Shown here piece by piece: positions 35,345 to 45,157 of a stretch of 64,000 bases of DNA (position 1 is its first letter; every line of letters starts with the position of its first letter). The DNA is from Omnitrophica bacterium GWA2_41_15 (GTDB lineage Bacteria > Omnitrophota > Gorgyraeia > Gygaellales > UBA12090), in contig CAKKRH010000014.1 in the NCBI GenBank assembly GCA_919902675.1, positions 21,393 through 85,392 of the forward strand. The letters are read 5' to 3'. The notes under the pieces are model-generated. The model did not search any database. It was not told the origin of the DNA and saw only the letters and a list, made by a program, of their open reading frames with translations. A program made the translations under genes and the position numbers.

Positions 35345-36705
35345 TAATTCCTTAAGGCTATATCCTGTTTTAGCTTTTCAATCATCCGCTTTAAGTCCGG
35401 GCTTAAAGAAACCGGATAAGCTCCTTCAACCTTTAGCTTTTTATATTTTGGCCGCAAGCAGCGGATATTCTCCTTAGCCAGGACGCGTATCTTGTCCAAT
35501 GAGGGAGAAGGAATGGCTATTTTACCATTTTCCATCACTTTTTCAAGCAGGGGTTTACCTTTTATCTTCTCGCCTTCCAGGCCGATAATATCTTTTAAAT
35601 AGAGGCCGTCTTTAGCGCGAATCCTGAATACCTGCTTTTTTCCGGGGTAAGTAATCTTGTCCTGGCTAAGCTTCATTACCGGCTGGATAGAGCCATCAGA
35701 ATTATCAATCCGGCTGAGCTTATAAATAACATCCAGATAGGGGGCATCACAAGAAGTGCCCATATTAGTGCCTACCCCAAAGCTATCAATCTTGGCCCCG
35801 CTTTTTAGCAGGCTCTCAATCTTAAACTCATCCAGGTTTCCGCTGGCAAATACGCGGACATAACTTAATCCGGCCTTATCCAGGAGGCGGCGGGCCATCC
35901 TGGAAATCCGGACTAAATCCCCGCTGTCTAAGCGCACCCCCTTTAATTTATGCCCTTTCGCCTCTAAGCCCCTGGCCGCGGTAATGGCATTTTCTATTCC
36001 CTTGCGATAATCATACGTATCCACCAAGAGTATGGAATTATCCGGAAAAAGCGAGGTATAGGCCCGGAAACTTTCTAATTCCGAATGAAAAGACATCACA
36101 AAAGAATGGGCCATTGTCCCGGCAGTGGGCATACCATAGAGTTTCCCGGCCAGAACATTGGAGGTGCCCAGGCATCCGGTAATATAACTGGAGCGGGCCG
36201 CGGCCAGGGCGGCAGACATTCCCTGGGTGCGGCGCAGGGAAAAATCATAGACCCCTTTCCCTTTCGCGGCCAAAACCACCCGGGCGGCCTTGGAAGAAAT
36301 AAGCGAAGCGATATTAATTATATTCAATAGCGCGCTTTCTACCATCTGGGCCTCTAAAATCGGGGCGCTGACCCGCAATACCGGCTCACCCGGGAAAAAT
36401 ACCGTTCCCTCGGGCATAGCCCAGACCTCGCCGCTAAACTTTAACCCTTTCAAATAATCCAGAAAGCTATCCTTAAATATTCCCTTCTTCTTCAGGAAAT
36501 CTATATCTCCTGAGCCAAAAGAAAAATCCTTTAAGAATTCAAGCGCTTCCTCCAGGCCCGCGGCAATCAAGAAAGAGCGGTCCTTAGGCAGACGCCGGAC
36601 AAAAAGGTCAAAGACCGCCCGGACATTTCTCTCGCGCTCAAAATACCCGGCGGCCATGGTCAGCTCGTATAAATCAAGCAGAAGGCTTTTATTATCGCTA
36701 CGCAT
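35344..36705 (-). CDS. pncB: nicotinate phosphoribosyltransferase
   Basis: 453 aa with SLLLDLYELTMAAGYF and the GTMAHSF motif. Confidence 0.85.
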   Translation of the reverse strand: MRSDNKSLLLDLYELTMAAGYFERERNVRAVFDLFVRRLPKDRSFLIAAGLEEALEFLKDFSFGSGDIDFLKKKGIFKDSFLDYLKGLKFSGEVWAMPEGTVFFPGEPVLRVSAPILEAQMVESALLNIINIASLISSKAARVVLAAKGKGVYDFSLRRTQGMSAALAAARSSYITGCLGTSNVLAGKLYGMPTAGTMAHSFVMSFHSELESFRAYTSLFPDNSILLVDTYDYRKGIENAITAARGLEAKGHKLKGVRLDSGDLVRISRMARRLLDKAGLSYVRVFASGNLDEFKIESLLKSGAKIDSFGVGTNMGTSCDAPYLDVIYKLSRIDNSDGSIQPVMKLSQDKITYPGKKQVFRIRAKDGLYLKDIIGLEGEKIKGKPLLEKVMENGKIAIPSPSLDKIRVLAKENIRCLRPKYKKLKVEGAYPVSLSPDLKRMIEKLKQDIALRN

Positions 36706-37226
36706 TATTTCTGAGATAAAATCTTTAGGTAATCTTCGGGCAGGCTGTTTCCCTGAAATTTAATCTTGCCTTGAGCATCCACTAGAACCAGGGTGGGAAT
36801 CCCAATCACATTATAGGCATAGGAAACCCTGGAATCGGTATCCAAGAGCACGGGAAAGGCTATGTTTTTGCCGCTTAAATATCTGACCACCCGCTCTCTG
36901 GGCTCGCCGCTGTCAATAGCCAGAAGCTCAACTCCGCTTTCTTTAATGGCAGCGTAGGACTTCTCTAAATGGGCTAATTCCCGCACGCAATAAGGACACC
37001 AGGTGGCCCAGATAAACAGCATTACCGGCCTTCCTTTAAAATCAGAAAGCGCCACATCTTTACCGCTCAGGCTGGAAAGCCGGAATTCGGGAGCCGTATC
37101 GTTTATGGATGCCTCCCGGGGTAGGCTGGCCGAGGCGCTCAAATATCCGCTCTCTGAGAATACAATTACCAGAAATAGCGATACCGCTGACAGAAAACGA
37201 CATACCGGTCTCAAATATTTTTTCAC
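36705..37226 (-). CDS. TlpA/ResA-like periplasmic thiol:disulfide oxidoreductase
   Basis: 173 aa with a signal or anchor sequence and the thioredoxin motif WATWCPYC. Confidence 0.8.
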   Translation of the reverse strand: MKKYLRPVCRFLSAVSLFLVIVFSESGYLSASASLPREASINDTAPEFRLSSLSGKDVALSDFKGRPVMLFIWATWCPYCVRELAHLEKSYAAIKESGVELLAIDSGEPRERVVRYLSGKNIAFPVLLDTDSRVSYAYNVIGIPTLVLVDAQGKIKFQGNSLPEDYLKILSQK

Positions 37227-37894
37227 ATCAATCTCCCTGCCTGGATAAGAAAATATTCACCCGCGGCTATCAGGATAAATCCGCAGGCTTTTTTGATTCC
37301 CATAAGCCAGGCCCCGGATTTCGGCAGACGCAGAAAAAACGCCCCAAAAGTTCCGGTTAGAATTAATAAAAAGCCCATTCCGTAAGCAAAACTGAATAAT
37401 AGGCTCGCTCCATATACTACATTTTGACGGCTGGCCACATACACTAAGATCGCCCCCAAAGCCGGGGCAGTGCAAGGCCCGGCCACCAACCCCGAGGCCA
37501 AACCCAAAAGAAAAACCGATAAGTATCCGCCTTTTCTCTCTATCTTATTCTCCAGGCGCAAACCCATAAAAGGAATATTTATTACCTCAAAAAATGACAA
37601 CCCGGCCAGAATACAGACATTGCCTACGATCAAAAAAGATAGGGGATGGCTGGAAATCCTGCCAAAGAGTTGTCCGCTAAGGGCGGCAATTAATCCTAAC
37701 GCCGAATAAGTAACCGCCAGGCCCAATACATAAACCAGGCTTAGATAAAACCCCCGCAGGCGCCCGGCCGAACCCTTTGCTCCGATAAAACCTAAAGTTA
37801 CCGGAAGCAAAGGATACACGCAAGGCGAAAAACTCACCAAAATTCCGCCTAAAAACGCGCTTAGATAATCTATGGGGCTACCTTGTAGAATCAT
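37223..37894 (-). CDS. ccdA: cytochrome c biogenesis / thiol-disulfide transporter CcdA (DsbD core)
   Basis: 223 aa, polytopic membrane protein with SPCVYPLLP and GPCTAPALG. Confidence 0.85.
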   Translation of the reverse strand: MILQGSPIDYLSAFLGGILVSFSPCVYPLLPVTLGFIGAKGSAGRLRGFYLSLVYVLGLAVTYSALGLIAALSGQLFGRISSHPLSFLIVGNVCILAGLSFFEVINIPFMGLRLENKIERKGGYLSVFLLGLASGLVAGPCTAPALGAILVYVASRQNVVYGASLLFSFAYGMGFLLILTGTFGAFFLRLPKSGAWLMGIKKACGFILIAAGEYFLIQAGRLM

Positions 37895-38195
37895 TTATCC
37901 ACTTTAAATAATCTTTATTTCCGGAAATAATCGGCAGGCTGATAATCTCGGGGACGCTATAACTATGCAGAGACTTGACTTTCCCGACCAATTTATTGAA
38001 AAGCTCTTTTTTAGTCTTAATCACCAAAAGCGCTTCCTTGGCGCGGTCAATCTTATCCTGCCACCAAAAATACGATTCAACGCCCGGGATAATATTGACG
38101 CAGGCAGCCAGTTTATCTTCCAGTAGCCCTTGGGCAATCTTATCCGCCTCCTCCTTGGAAGAAGCAGTAACTAAGGCAACGATATACATAGGCAT
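37878..38195 (-). CDS. cutA: divalent-cation tolerance protein CutA
   Basis: 105 aa (LAACVNIIPGVESYFWWQDKI...HSYSVPEIISLPI). Confidence 0.85.
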   Translation of the reverse strand: MPMYIVALVTASSKEEADKIAQGLLEDKLAACVNIIPGVESYFWWQDKIDRAKEALLVIKTKKELFNKLVGKVKSLHSYSVPEIISLPIISGNKDYLKWINDSTR

Positions 38196-38352
38196 TGAAA
38201 ACTCTAAACCCTAAACTCTAAACCCTAAACAAATCCAAAATTCCAAGCTCAAAATTCAAAATAGCTTTTTAGATCGTTGATTTTGTGTTTTTGAATTTAT
38301 GATTCTAAGCTTATTTAGGGTTAGGATTTCGGATTCAGGGTTTGACATTATT
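38196..38352. repeat. long imperfect palindrome of ctaaaccc-type words
   Basis: aactctaaaccctaaactctaaaccctaaac... is mirrored by ...tttagggttaggatttcggattcagggttt. It fills the spacer between the glutaredoxin-like gene and cutA. Confidence 0.5.
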
Positions 38353-38580
38353 TTATAATAATCTATCTATCTTGTCCTTATCGAACCCCACCACGATCTC
38401 TCCGTTAATATTTATTACCGGAACCCCCATCTGCCCGGAGAGACTGATCATCTTTTCTAAGCTCTGGGCGTCGGAGGAAACATCTATATTGGTAAAATTA
38501 ATCCCCTTCTGGTTCAGGTAGCTTTTCAGCCGGATGCAATAAGAACAACTTGGTGTAGAATAAACGGTCACTTCAGGCAT
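38353..38580 (-). CDS. glutaredoxin-like protein (NrdH/YruB type)
   Basis: 75 aa with the CSYC active site and the GVPVININGEIVVGFD motif. Confidence 0.8.
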   Translation of the reverse strand: MPEVTVYSTPSCSYCIRLKSYLNQKGINFTNIDVSSDAQSLEKMISLSGQMGVPVININGEIVVGFDKDKIDRLL

Positions 38581-38592
38581 ATTATTATCCTC

Positions 38593-39069
38593 CTAAACAA
38601 ACAACTTCTTAACCAGCCTGGCAAAGCGCTCGCCGTATCTTAGGCACTGTTTCTGGGAGCGCTCATCCGGCGCGCCTATGGATACCGGTCCGTAGTGATC
38701 ACCCTTAGGGTCGCCTTGAATAATCATACCATGGATGAGCATGGCGTTCAAGATATCTAAGATGGTGGTTTCGTTCCCGCCGCCGATATTGGCGCTGGAG
38801 GCGAAGGCCCCACCGACGCGTCCGTCTAATTTAGTATGGAATTTAACCGATTCGTCAAAAAGCTTCTTTATGGGAGCGGCCATTGAGCCGTAGTAAACCG
38901 GAGAGCCGATAACAATCCCCTGATAATCCAACAACTCATCAACCTTAAGCTCATCAATACTCTTAAAAGACACATCCACTTCTTCCTTCTTCATCCCTTC
39001 CAAAATCAACTCCGCCATTTTCTTGGTATGCCCGCTTAAAGAATAATAAGTAAGCAGTATCTTCGCCAT
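38593..39069 (-). CDS. flavodoxin-fold protein (WrbA/NAD(P)H dehydrogenase-like)
   Basis: 158 aa (KILLTYYSLSGHTKKMA...GSPVYYGSM). Confidence 0.7.
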   Translation of the reverse strand: MAKILLTYYSLSGHTKKMAELILEGMKKEEVDVSFKSIDELKVDELLDYQGIVIGSPVYYGSMAAPIKKLFDESVKFHTKLDGRVGGAFASSANIGGGNETTILDILNAMLIHGMIIQGDPKGDHYGPVSIGAPDERSQKQCLRYGERFARLVKKLFV

Positions 39070-39132
39070 TTTATCCCTCCGTCTCTATAAAAACCCTCAA
39101 TTGACAATCTTTTAAGCTTTTACTATAAACTG

Positions 39133-39906
39133 TCAACCGTCAACTGTGAACTGTTTTACCATCACCACCGACATCATTCTCCCCGCGTTTTGGCCTTCTT
39201 TACGGTATGAAAAAAAATCATCATCGCGACAAAAGGTGCAGATTTGGCTGTCGTTGATATTTTTTTCTAAAACACCAGCGCTTAAAAGCTGCCGCGAGTT
39301 TACCTTGATCAGGTTAAGAAAGAGCTTTCCCTGCCTTTGTTCTACGCAATCAGGAAAATAATCCTGAAAAACCTCACTCACCTCATAACAACAGTTTCGG
39401 ATACAGGGGCCAAAGCCGCAGATAATGTCTTTCGCGCGGCTATTAAACCTGTTTTTAAAGATATCCAGCGCGCTTAGAGCAATTCTATCCCTGGCGCCTT
39501 TCCATCCGGCATGCAGTATGGCACTTACCCGGTTTGCGGTATCCAACATAAAGACCGAAAGGCAGTCGGCGCTAAACACCGCCAGGGGTAATTCCTTTTC
39601 CCGGGTAATTATCCCGTCGCAATCGGGGATTGCCGAGTCATAATCAAATGCCCCGCGGCCTTTATCCTCTTTTTTAGCCAGAAATATCTTATTTCCGTGA
39701 ACCTGCTTAAGACAGATAAGCTCATCCGGTTTTATGCCTATTGTTCTTAAAAAACTTTCCCGGTTTTTCTTAAGGTCAGGATTATTCTGAAAGCCTAAGT
39801 TCAACCTGCCACGGCTAAAACCCGCTATACAGCCATATTTTTTAAAACTATCAAATAAAAAATATTCCGTATGAGGTTCAATAATTCTTTCAGAGAGCGT
39901 GGTCAT
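39133..39906 (-). CDS. pgeF: YfiH/PgeF family (laccase-domain) peptidoglycan editing factor / purine nucleoside phosphorylase
   Basis: 257 aa with QVHGNKIF, SADCLSVFM and HAGWKG. The last codons are supplied by a gtcaact tandem tract. Confidence 0.8.
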   Translation of the reverse strand: MTTLSERIIEPHTEYFLFDSFKKYGCIAGFSRGRLNLGFQNNPDLKKNRESFLRTIGIKPDELICLKQVHGNKIFLAKKEDKGRGAFDYDSAIPDCDGIITREKELPLAVFSADCLSVFMLDTANRVSAILHAGWKGARDRIALSALDIFKNRFNSRAKDIICGFGPCIRNCCYEVSEVFQDYFPDCVEQRQGKLFLNLIKVNSRQLLSAGVLEKNINDSQICTFCRDDDFFSYRKEGQNAGRMMSVVMVKQFTVDG

Positions 39907-40933
39907 ACACTTTCTTTAGAGTCAAAAACTTTTCGGTATGCCTGATAATCTGATTCATCATCACTACCGACTCAACCGGATAATTTCCCGCAGCACTCTC
40001 GGCGGAAAGCATCACCAAGTCTGTACCGTCCAATATGGCATTGGCCACATCGGTAACCTCGGCCCGGGTCGGCTGGGGAAACTCCACCATATGCTCAAGC
40101 ATCTGGGTAGCGGTAATCACCGGTTTTTTTCTTTGGTTACACTTCCTGATTATCATCTTCTGGATCATAGGTATTTCCCAGATAGGAACCGAAATTCCCA
40201 TATCGCCCCGGGCAATCAGGATACAATCGCACTCTTCTATAATGCTGTCAATATTCCTTATGGCCGAACGGGATTCGATTTTGGAAACTAAGAGACAGCC
40301 CGGATGCCTGTCTTTGAGGATATTCCTAAAGGCCCGGCAGTCGTATTTATCCCGTACAAAAGACAAGGCCAGATAATCCACCTTGTTTTTTATCCCGAAT
40401 TCTATATCCTGCCTGTCTTTTTCGGTTATCCGGGGGAACTTTAAATTCGCCTCCGGAATATTAACCCCTTTATGTTCTTTTAAAAATCCTCCCGCCTCAA
40501 CTTCCGCGAGTATTTTATTCCTAAAGGATTTCTTAACCTCAAGCTGAATATTTCCATCATCAATAAAAATACTTGAGCCGCTCTTAATATCCAGAAACGA
40601 ACCGTTATAATCTATGCACAGCTCTTTAGGACCGCCGATTATCTCTTCCCTGACTAACCAGATTTTCTGCCTTTTTTTTAGTTCAACCGGTTTTCCGTCT
40701 TTTAGTTTGCCGACCCTGATTCGGTTGCCTTCTAAATCCTGAAGTATTTTTATTCCCCGGCGGTATTTAAGGTTTATTTTTCTAACGATGTCCAGGCGAC
40801 TCTGATGCGCTTCGGCATCTCCGTGCGAAAAATTAAGCCTGGCCACATCCATACCAGAGATAACCATCTTGCGGATGACCGTCTCGGAAGAACTCGCCGG
40901 CCCTAAGGTGGCCACTATCCTGGTTATTGGCAT
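39890..40933 (-). CDS. pyk: pyruvate kinase, short form lacking the C-terminal domain
   Basis: 347 aa (RIVATLGPASSS...ARLNFSHG...) with the B-domain present. The ORF ends right after the A-domain and overlaps pgeF by 17 nt. Confidence 0.85.
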   Translation of the reverse strand: MPITRIVATLGPASSSETVIRKMVISGMDVARLNFSHGDAEAHQSRLDIVRKINLKYRRGIKILQDLEGNRIRVGKLKDGKPVELKKRQKIWLVREEIIGGPKELCIDYNGSFLDIKSGSSIFIDDGNIQLEVKKSFRNKILAEVEAGGFLKEHKGVNIPEANLKFPRITEKDRQDIEFGIKNKVDYLALSFVRDKYDCRAFRNILKDRHPGCLLVSKIESRSAIRNIDSIIEECDCILIARGDMGISVPIWEIPMIQKMIIRKCNQRKKPVITATQMLEHMVEFPQPTRAEVTDVANAILDGTDLVMLSAESAAGNYPVESVVMMNQIIRHTEKFLTLKKVYDHAL

Positions 40934-40941
40934 CTTAGGCG

Positions 40942-41496
40942 CTATTCTTTGACGTAGGCCTTGATTATTTTTTGCTCGGCTGCTGGCTTATCGGAAGCGC
41001 CGACCTGGCAATTTTCTATTTTCTCCACCACATCATAGCCTTCCACCACTTCGCCGAATATGGTGTGCTTCATATTTAACCAGGGAGTAGGAACCGTAGT
41101 GATAAAAAACTGGCTTCCGTTGGTGCCCGGCCCGGCATTGGCCATGGCCAGGATGCCTTTACGGTCAAACTTTACACTGGCGGAGACTTCATCTTCAAAC
41201 GGTTTTCCCCAGAGAGATTCTCCCCCCATTCCGGTCCCACTGGGATCTCCCCCCTGAATCATAAAATCCTTAATCACCCGGTGAAAAATTATCCCGTCAT
41301 AATAACCCTTTTTTACCAACCCCAGGAAATTTTCCACTGTCTTGGGGGCTGTCGCGGAAAATAACTTTACGACTATTTTTCCCTGATTAGTCTCTAAAAC
41401 CACCTTTGCATCGCCTGCCATAGCCACCCCTCCGGTTAAAAAAGTAGATAAAAACCACACCCCTAACCACATCCTCACTATCCGTCCCATATTCAA
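40942..41496 (-). CDS. ppiB: cyclophilin-type peptidyl-prolyl isomerase, secreted
   Basis: 184 aa with a signal peptide, [15 protein letters not shown] and GSQFFIT. Confidence 0.9.
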   Translation of the reverse strand: MNMGRIVRMWLGVWFLSTFLTGGVAMAGDAKVVLETNQGKIVVKLFSATAPKTVENFLGLVKKGYYDGIIFHRVIKDFMIQGGDPSGTGMGGESLWGKPFEDEVSASVKFDRKGILAMANAGPGTNGSQFFITTVPTPWLNMKHTIFGEVVEGYDVVEKIENCQVGASDKPAAEQKIIKAYVKE

Positions 41497-41526
41497 CCCT
41501 CCTTGTATAATATGTGTAATAGCCTG

Positions 41527-41660
41527 TTAATGTCGAATTTCCTAATAACGAATGCCGAATAAATGACTAATTATTCAATTCTCTAATGTCTAAAAGATTT
41601 ATTTAGGCCTTTAGGCATTGGACATTAATTCGCCATTCGGATTTCGTCATTAGACATTTT
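41527..41660. repeat. Repeat family E, copy 2
   Basis: ttaatgtcgaatttcctaataacgaatg...cattggacattaattcgccattcggatttcgtcattagacatttt, homologous to 16956-17113. Confidence 0.7.
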
Positions 41661-41672
41661 CCTGTTGCTGCC

Positions 41673-41891
41673 TCACTTAATCTCTATCCTCTTGTCCCTC
41701 GACCTTTCTCCCTGGATTATCGAAATCCGGGATTCGCGAACCCCATAATATTCCGCCAAGGCCTTAAGGACAGCCTTATTCGCCTTATTGTCCTCAGGCG
41801 CGGCGCTGATATACACTTTTAAACACCCCGGGGCTGTTTCTTCAACGCGTTTAAATTTTGCCTTAGTTGTAACCCGGACATTGATAATCAC
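41673..41891 (-). CDS. DUF167 (YggU) family protein
   Basis: 72 aa (VRVTTKAKF...KANKAVLKALAEYYGV..SRISIIQGERSRDK). Confidence 0.75.
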   Translation of the reverse strand: MIINVRVTTKAKFKRVEETAPGCLKVYISAAPEDNKANKAVLKALAEYYGVRESRISIIQGERSRDKRIEIK

Positions 41892-42859
41892 TCGCTTCCG
41901 ATTGTTTCCTGTCTGGCGGCGGATGAGGAAATCAGCTTATCCTGGAATTTGCTTAATCTCTTATCGGCATCATCGTATTTCTGAGAAGAGCATCTGATGT
42001 GATTTCCTAAGAGCCTAAAATCCTCGGCGAACTTAGAGAGCTCCTGCTGAAGGCGGCCTAAATTAGACAAAATTTCCTTGGCATTACGCTCCACCTGCAG
42101 GCCTTTTAAGCCTAAACAGATTACCTGCAAATAAGCGTAAAAGGTATTCGGGGAAACCGGGACCACCTTTTTGCTTAAGGCAAAGCTGAGCAGTTCCTGC
42201 CTTATGGTTGTCTCGTAATAGACATTTTCAGCCGGAATATACATTAAGGCGAAATCAAAGGTCCCTTCATCGGTAAGGATATATTTATTGGATATCTCGT
42301 TGATTCTATTCTTGACATCGGTAATGAATTTTTTGGAATACGCGCTCCTGGCCTCCTCATTTTCAGCCTTTAAAAGCAATTGAAAATTCTCCAAAGGAAA
42401 CTTGGCGTCTATTGGGACGATGTTGGCGCCTAAACGTATTGCCGCGTCCACGGCCTCACCGCTTTTAAAACGATACTGCAGTTCATAATGGCCCTTGGGA
42501 AGAACCTGCTCCAGGAGATTACCTAAAAGGGTTTCTCCTATTTCCCCCCGGAATTTAGGGGCCTTAAGCAGATTTTGCAGGCTGGAGATATCCTTGCTGA
42601 TTTCAAAAATCTGGCGGTTGGTTTCCTCTAATTTACCTAAGCTCTTATGCAGGCCGGAAACTACATTTACGGTATTATCTAAGCGCTCACCCACGCCTTT
42701 TTGCATCTCACCGACGCTTTGAGACATCTCTTTCAGGCGCTCGCTGATTTGATTGGTCATTGAGCTTAGATGAAGATTGGTCTGGGAGGAAATCTTAAAA
42801 AGCAGGCCGGCTACGATAATTACTAACACCAAAAATAAAGCTATACCTATCCAAAGCAT
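41888..42859 (-). CDS. rmuC: DNA recombination protein RmuC
   Basis: 323 aa with an N-terminal TM segment, a coiled coil and a C-terminal nuclease-like region (VPIDAKFPLENF...). Confidence 0.8.
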   Translation of the reverse strand: MLWIGIALFLVLVIIVAGLLFKISSQTNLHLSSMTNQISERLKEMSQSVGEMQKGVGERLDNTVNVVSGLHKSLGKLEETNRQIFEISKDISSLQNLLKAPKFRGEIGETLLGNLLEQVLPKGHYELQYRFKSGEAVDAAIRLGANIVPIDAKFPLENFQLLLKAENEEARSAYSKKFITDVKNRINEISNKYILTDEGTFDFALMYIPAENVYYETTIRQELLSFALSKKVVPVSPNTFYAYLQVICLGLKGLQVERNAKEILSNLGRLQQELSKFAEDFRLLGNHIRCSSQKYDDADKRLSKFQDKLISSSAARQETIGSE

Positions 42860-42864
42860 AATAA

Positions 42865-43686
42865 TTAATAATTAAAAATTATTAAACTGATTATTCTATC
42901 TCCAAAAAATAGCGCGGCCAGGGCGGCCAAAGACAAAAACGGCCCGTAAGGAATCAAGTGGCTTTTCTTACAAATCAGGACATATATTCCCACTACCGAG
43001 CCAAAGAAAGGGGCCAGGAAAAAAGTCAAAACAGTCAGCTTCCAGCCCAAGAAACTCCCAATCATCGCCAAAAGCTTGACATCCCCTCCGCCCATACATT
43101 CGGTTTCGCCTTCAATAGGGCCTTTCTTCATCAGCTTAAAGATGATAAAATTCCCCAGAATCGCGCTTCCATAAATAAGCGCCCCTCCGCAGAGAGCTCC
43201 CGCTAGCGAATCCACCAAAGGAACGCGGGGAAATTCTTTAAGCCGGGGAATACTTTTAATCAGAAAAAAAATCAAACCCAGAACCGTCCCGCCTAAAGAA
43301 ATCTCATCCGGAATTATCCGCCATTTTATATCAATAAATGTGGCTACCAAAAGCCCAGAGATAAAAGTAATATAAATCAACGAATCCAAAGAAAGGCCCC
43401 AGTGCTTATAGACAATCCAAAACACCAGGCCGGTCAATACCTCAACCAGAGGATACTGAAAAGATATGGGCCCTTTACAAAATCTGCACTTACCGCCCAG
43501 GAAGATAAAACTTAAGACAGGAATATTATCAAACCAGTGAATAGGCTTCTTACAGGATGGACAATGCGAAGACGGAAGAACTAAAGAATAACCATCATTT
43601 GGCATCCGGGCTATACAGACATTAAGAAAACTTCCCACAATCAAACCAAAAAGAAAAACAAAGGCCTCAATTATTTTTTCCGGCAT
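42865..43686 (-). CDS. pilD: prepilin peptidase (A24 family)
   Basis: 273 aa with the N-terminal Cys pairs CPSCKKPI...CRFCKGPIS and GGGDVKL. Confidence 0.85.
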   Translation of the reverse strand: MPEKIIEAFVFLFGLIVGSFLNVCIARMPNDGYSLVLPSSHCPSCKKPIHWFDNIPVLSFIFLGGKCRFCKGPISFQYPLVEVLTGLVFWIVYKHWGLSLDSLIYITFISGLLVATFIDIKWRIIPDEISLGGTVLGLIFFLIKSIPRLKEFPRVPLVDSLAGALCGGALIYGSAILGNFIIFKLMKKGPIEGETECMGGGDVKLLAMIGSFLGWKLTVLTFFLAPFFGSVVGIYVLICKKSHLIPYGPFLSLAALAALFFGDRIISLIIFNY

Positions 43687-44597
43687 TCCTTTAATCCTTC
43701 CTCTAAAGCCCGGCGCATAACCTCAACCGGAGCGTCCTTCTTTGTCCAGGACGTTGTCCAGAATTCAAATGCCGCCACTCCCTGATATAAGAGCATACCC
43801 AAACCTCCGGAATTCTTTAACCCCAGCGATTTCGCGTCCTTTATCAGCTGAGTTTCCCGGTTATAAACCACATCATATACGGATAAATCTTTATGCAGCA
43901 ACTCTTTCTTAATTACAGATGGATCGCCTTCTTTCATCCCCAGCGGCGAAGCATTAATCAATAAATCGGATGATGCTAAAACATCTGGCAACTGCTTCTC
44001 CTGAGAAATAAATTCAAATATACAATTAGTAACATTAAATGACGAAAAATGATCTTTTGCGCAACGAAAAGCATCTTGATTGGGTTCGTAGATATAAATT
44101 TTGCGAGGTGATGTTCTCCAAGCTAAAGCAGCTACTACGGCCCTGCCCGCGCCACCACAGCCAACCAAAATAACATTTTTATCTTTGGGATTAAATTTCA
44201 TATCTTCTCGTAATGACTGCCGAAAACCGATTACATCTGTGTTAAGATAATACATTTTATCTACTGCTATTCTAACCGTGTTAATGGCTCCCGAGATACG
44301 CACACGACTGCCAATATCATATTTAACGATTTCAGGGAACTGCCTTTCCAGAATCTCCTTAGCCTTAACCTTATGGGGAATAGTGATGTTGAATCCGGAT
44401 AAATCTCGCATGGAGAAAGATTCACCTTTGGAATCCCTAATCTCTTTATCCCTAAGCAGAAAATCCTCTAAATCCTCCGGGGCAACTTCAAAAAGGCGGT
44501 ATTTGGCCTCTATTTTAAGCTCTTTAAAGGCCGCGTTGTGCATCAGGGCCGAAAGGCTGTGTTTAACCGGATATCCGATAAGGCCGTAGGTCTTCAT
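43671..44597 (-). CDS. aroE: shikimate dehydrogenase
   Basis: 308 aa (YGLIGYPVKHSLSALMHNAAF) with the Rossmann motif VGCGGAGRAV. Confidence 0.85.
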   Translation of the reverse strand: MKTYGLIGYPVKHSLSALMHNAAFKELKIEAKYRLFEVAPEDLEDFLLRDKEIRDSKGESFSMRDLSGFNITIPHKVKAKEILERQFPEIVKYDIGSRVRISGAINTVRIAVDKMYYLNTDVIGFRQSLREDMKFNPKDKNVILVGCGGAGRAVVAALAWRTSPRKIYIYEPNQDAFRCAKDHFSSFNVTNCIFEFISQEKQLPDVLASSDLLINASPLGMKEGDPSVIKKELLHKDLSVYDVVYNRETQLIKDAKSLGLKNSGGLGMLLYQGVAAFEFWTTSWTKKDAPVEVMRRALEEGLKECRKK

Positions 44598-45046
44598 TGG
44601 TTACGTGATTTCTTCTTAAAAATTATCTGCCAGAATTGCTTCCAGTGTTGATCCTGAAAATAACTAAAAGGGGAAGGGTATAATTCTTTAAATCTCTCCT
44701 GCATCTCCGGCTCGGTCAATTGCCTGGCCCGCGGTGGAAGGCGCTCATTCTCCGAGTAGTCTACCGGAAATAACCCGTAGATAACATTCCAGAATTTATC
44801 CCAGTCTGAACCCTGAAAATCCAAGAAAGGAGCGCCTACATACATCTTTAACTCCTCTTCTCTTTGCAGGGTAGATATCGGCCGGGAGCGCCCCGGGCTA
44901 AAGCCCCGGTTAAAATTATCTATCCAGATATTAACCGTCTCAACCAGGTCATTCCAATCCTGGCGCAGGTTTACTCTGGCTAAATAAAGCATAAAAGCCA
45001 AAGCAATACCAAAAACTATCAGTATCTTTGGCCGTAAAGATGACAT
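44594..45046 (-). CDS. 150-aa membrane-anchored hypothetical protein
   Basis: N-terminal TM segment (ILIVFGIALAFMLYL) and two copies of a W-x2-FW-x2-I motif (DWDKFWNVIY, HWKQFWQIIF). It overlaps aroE by 4 nt. Confidence 0.5.
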   Translation of the reverse strand: MSSLRPKILIVFGIALAFMLYLARVNLRQDWNDLVETVNIWIDNFNRGFSPGRSRPISTLQREEELKMYVGAPFLDFQGSDWDKFWNVIYGLFPVDYSENERLPPRARQLTEPEMQERFKELYPSPFSYFQDQHWKQFWQIIFKKKSRNQ

Positions 45047-45064
45047 TATTATCTTAGTATTTAA

Positions 45065-45156
45065 CCCGGATTTTGCAATAGGTATGTAAGCGCTTTTTTC
45101 TGACGAAGATGCGCCCTTCTTTGGCGGCGAATGCCATTACTATTGCAAATTCCGGG
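45065..45156. mobile_element. MITE family B, copy 3 (92 bp, an internal-deletion derivative of copy 2)
   Basis: Same TIRs as copy 2, with a direct duplication TTTAA at 45060-45064 and 45157-45161. The right duplication contains the leuA stop codon. Confidence 0.75.
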
Positions 45157-45157
45157 T

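Noticed and set aside
38205-38235. Telomere-like ccctaaa/ctaaaccc repeats.
   Set aside because: There are only about 3-4 imperfect units. They form one arm of a local hairpin whose other arm (tttagggtt...) lies about 90 nt away, inside a bacterial operon.
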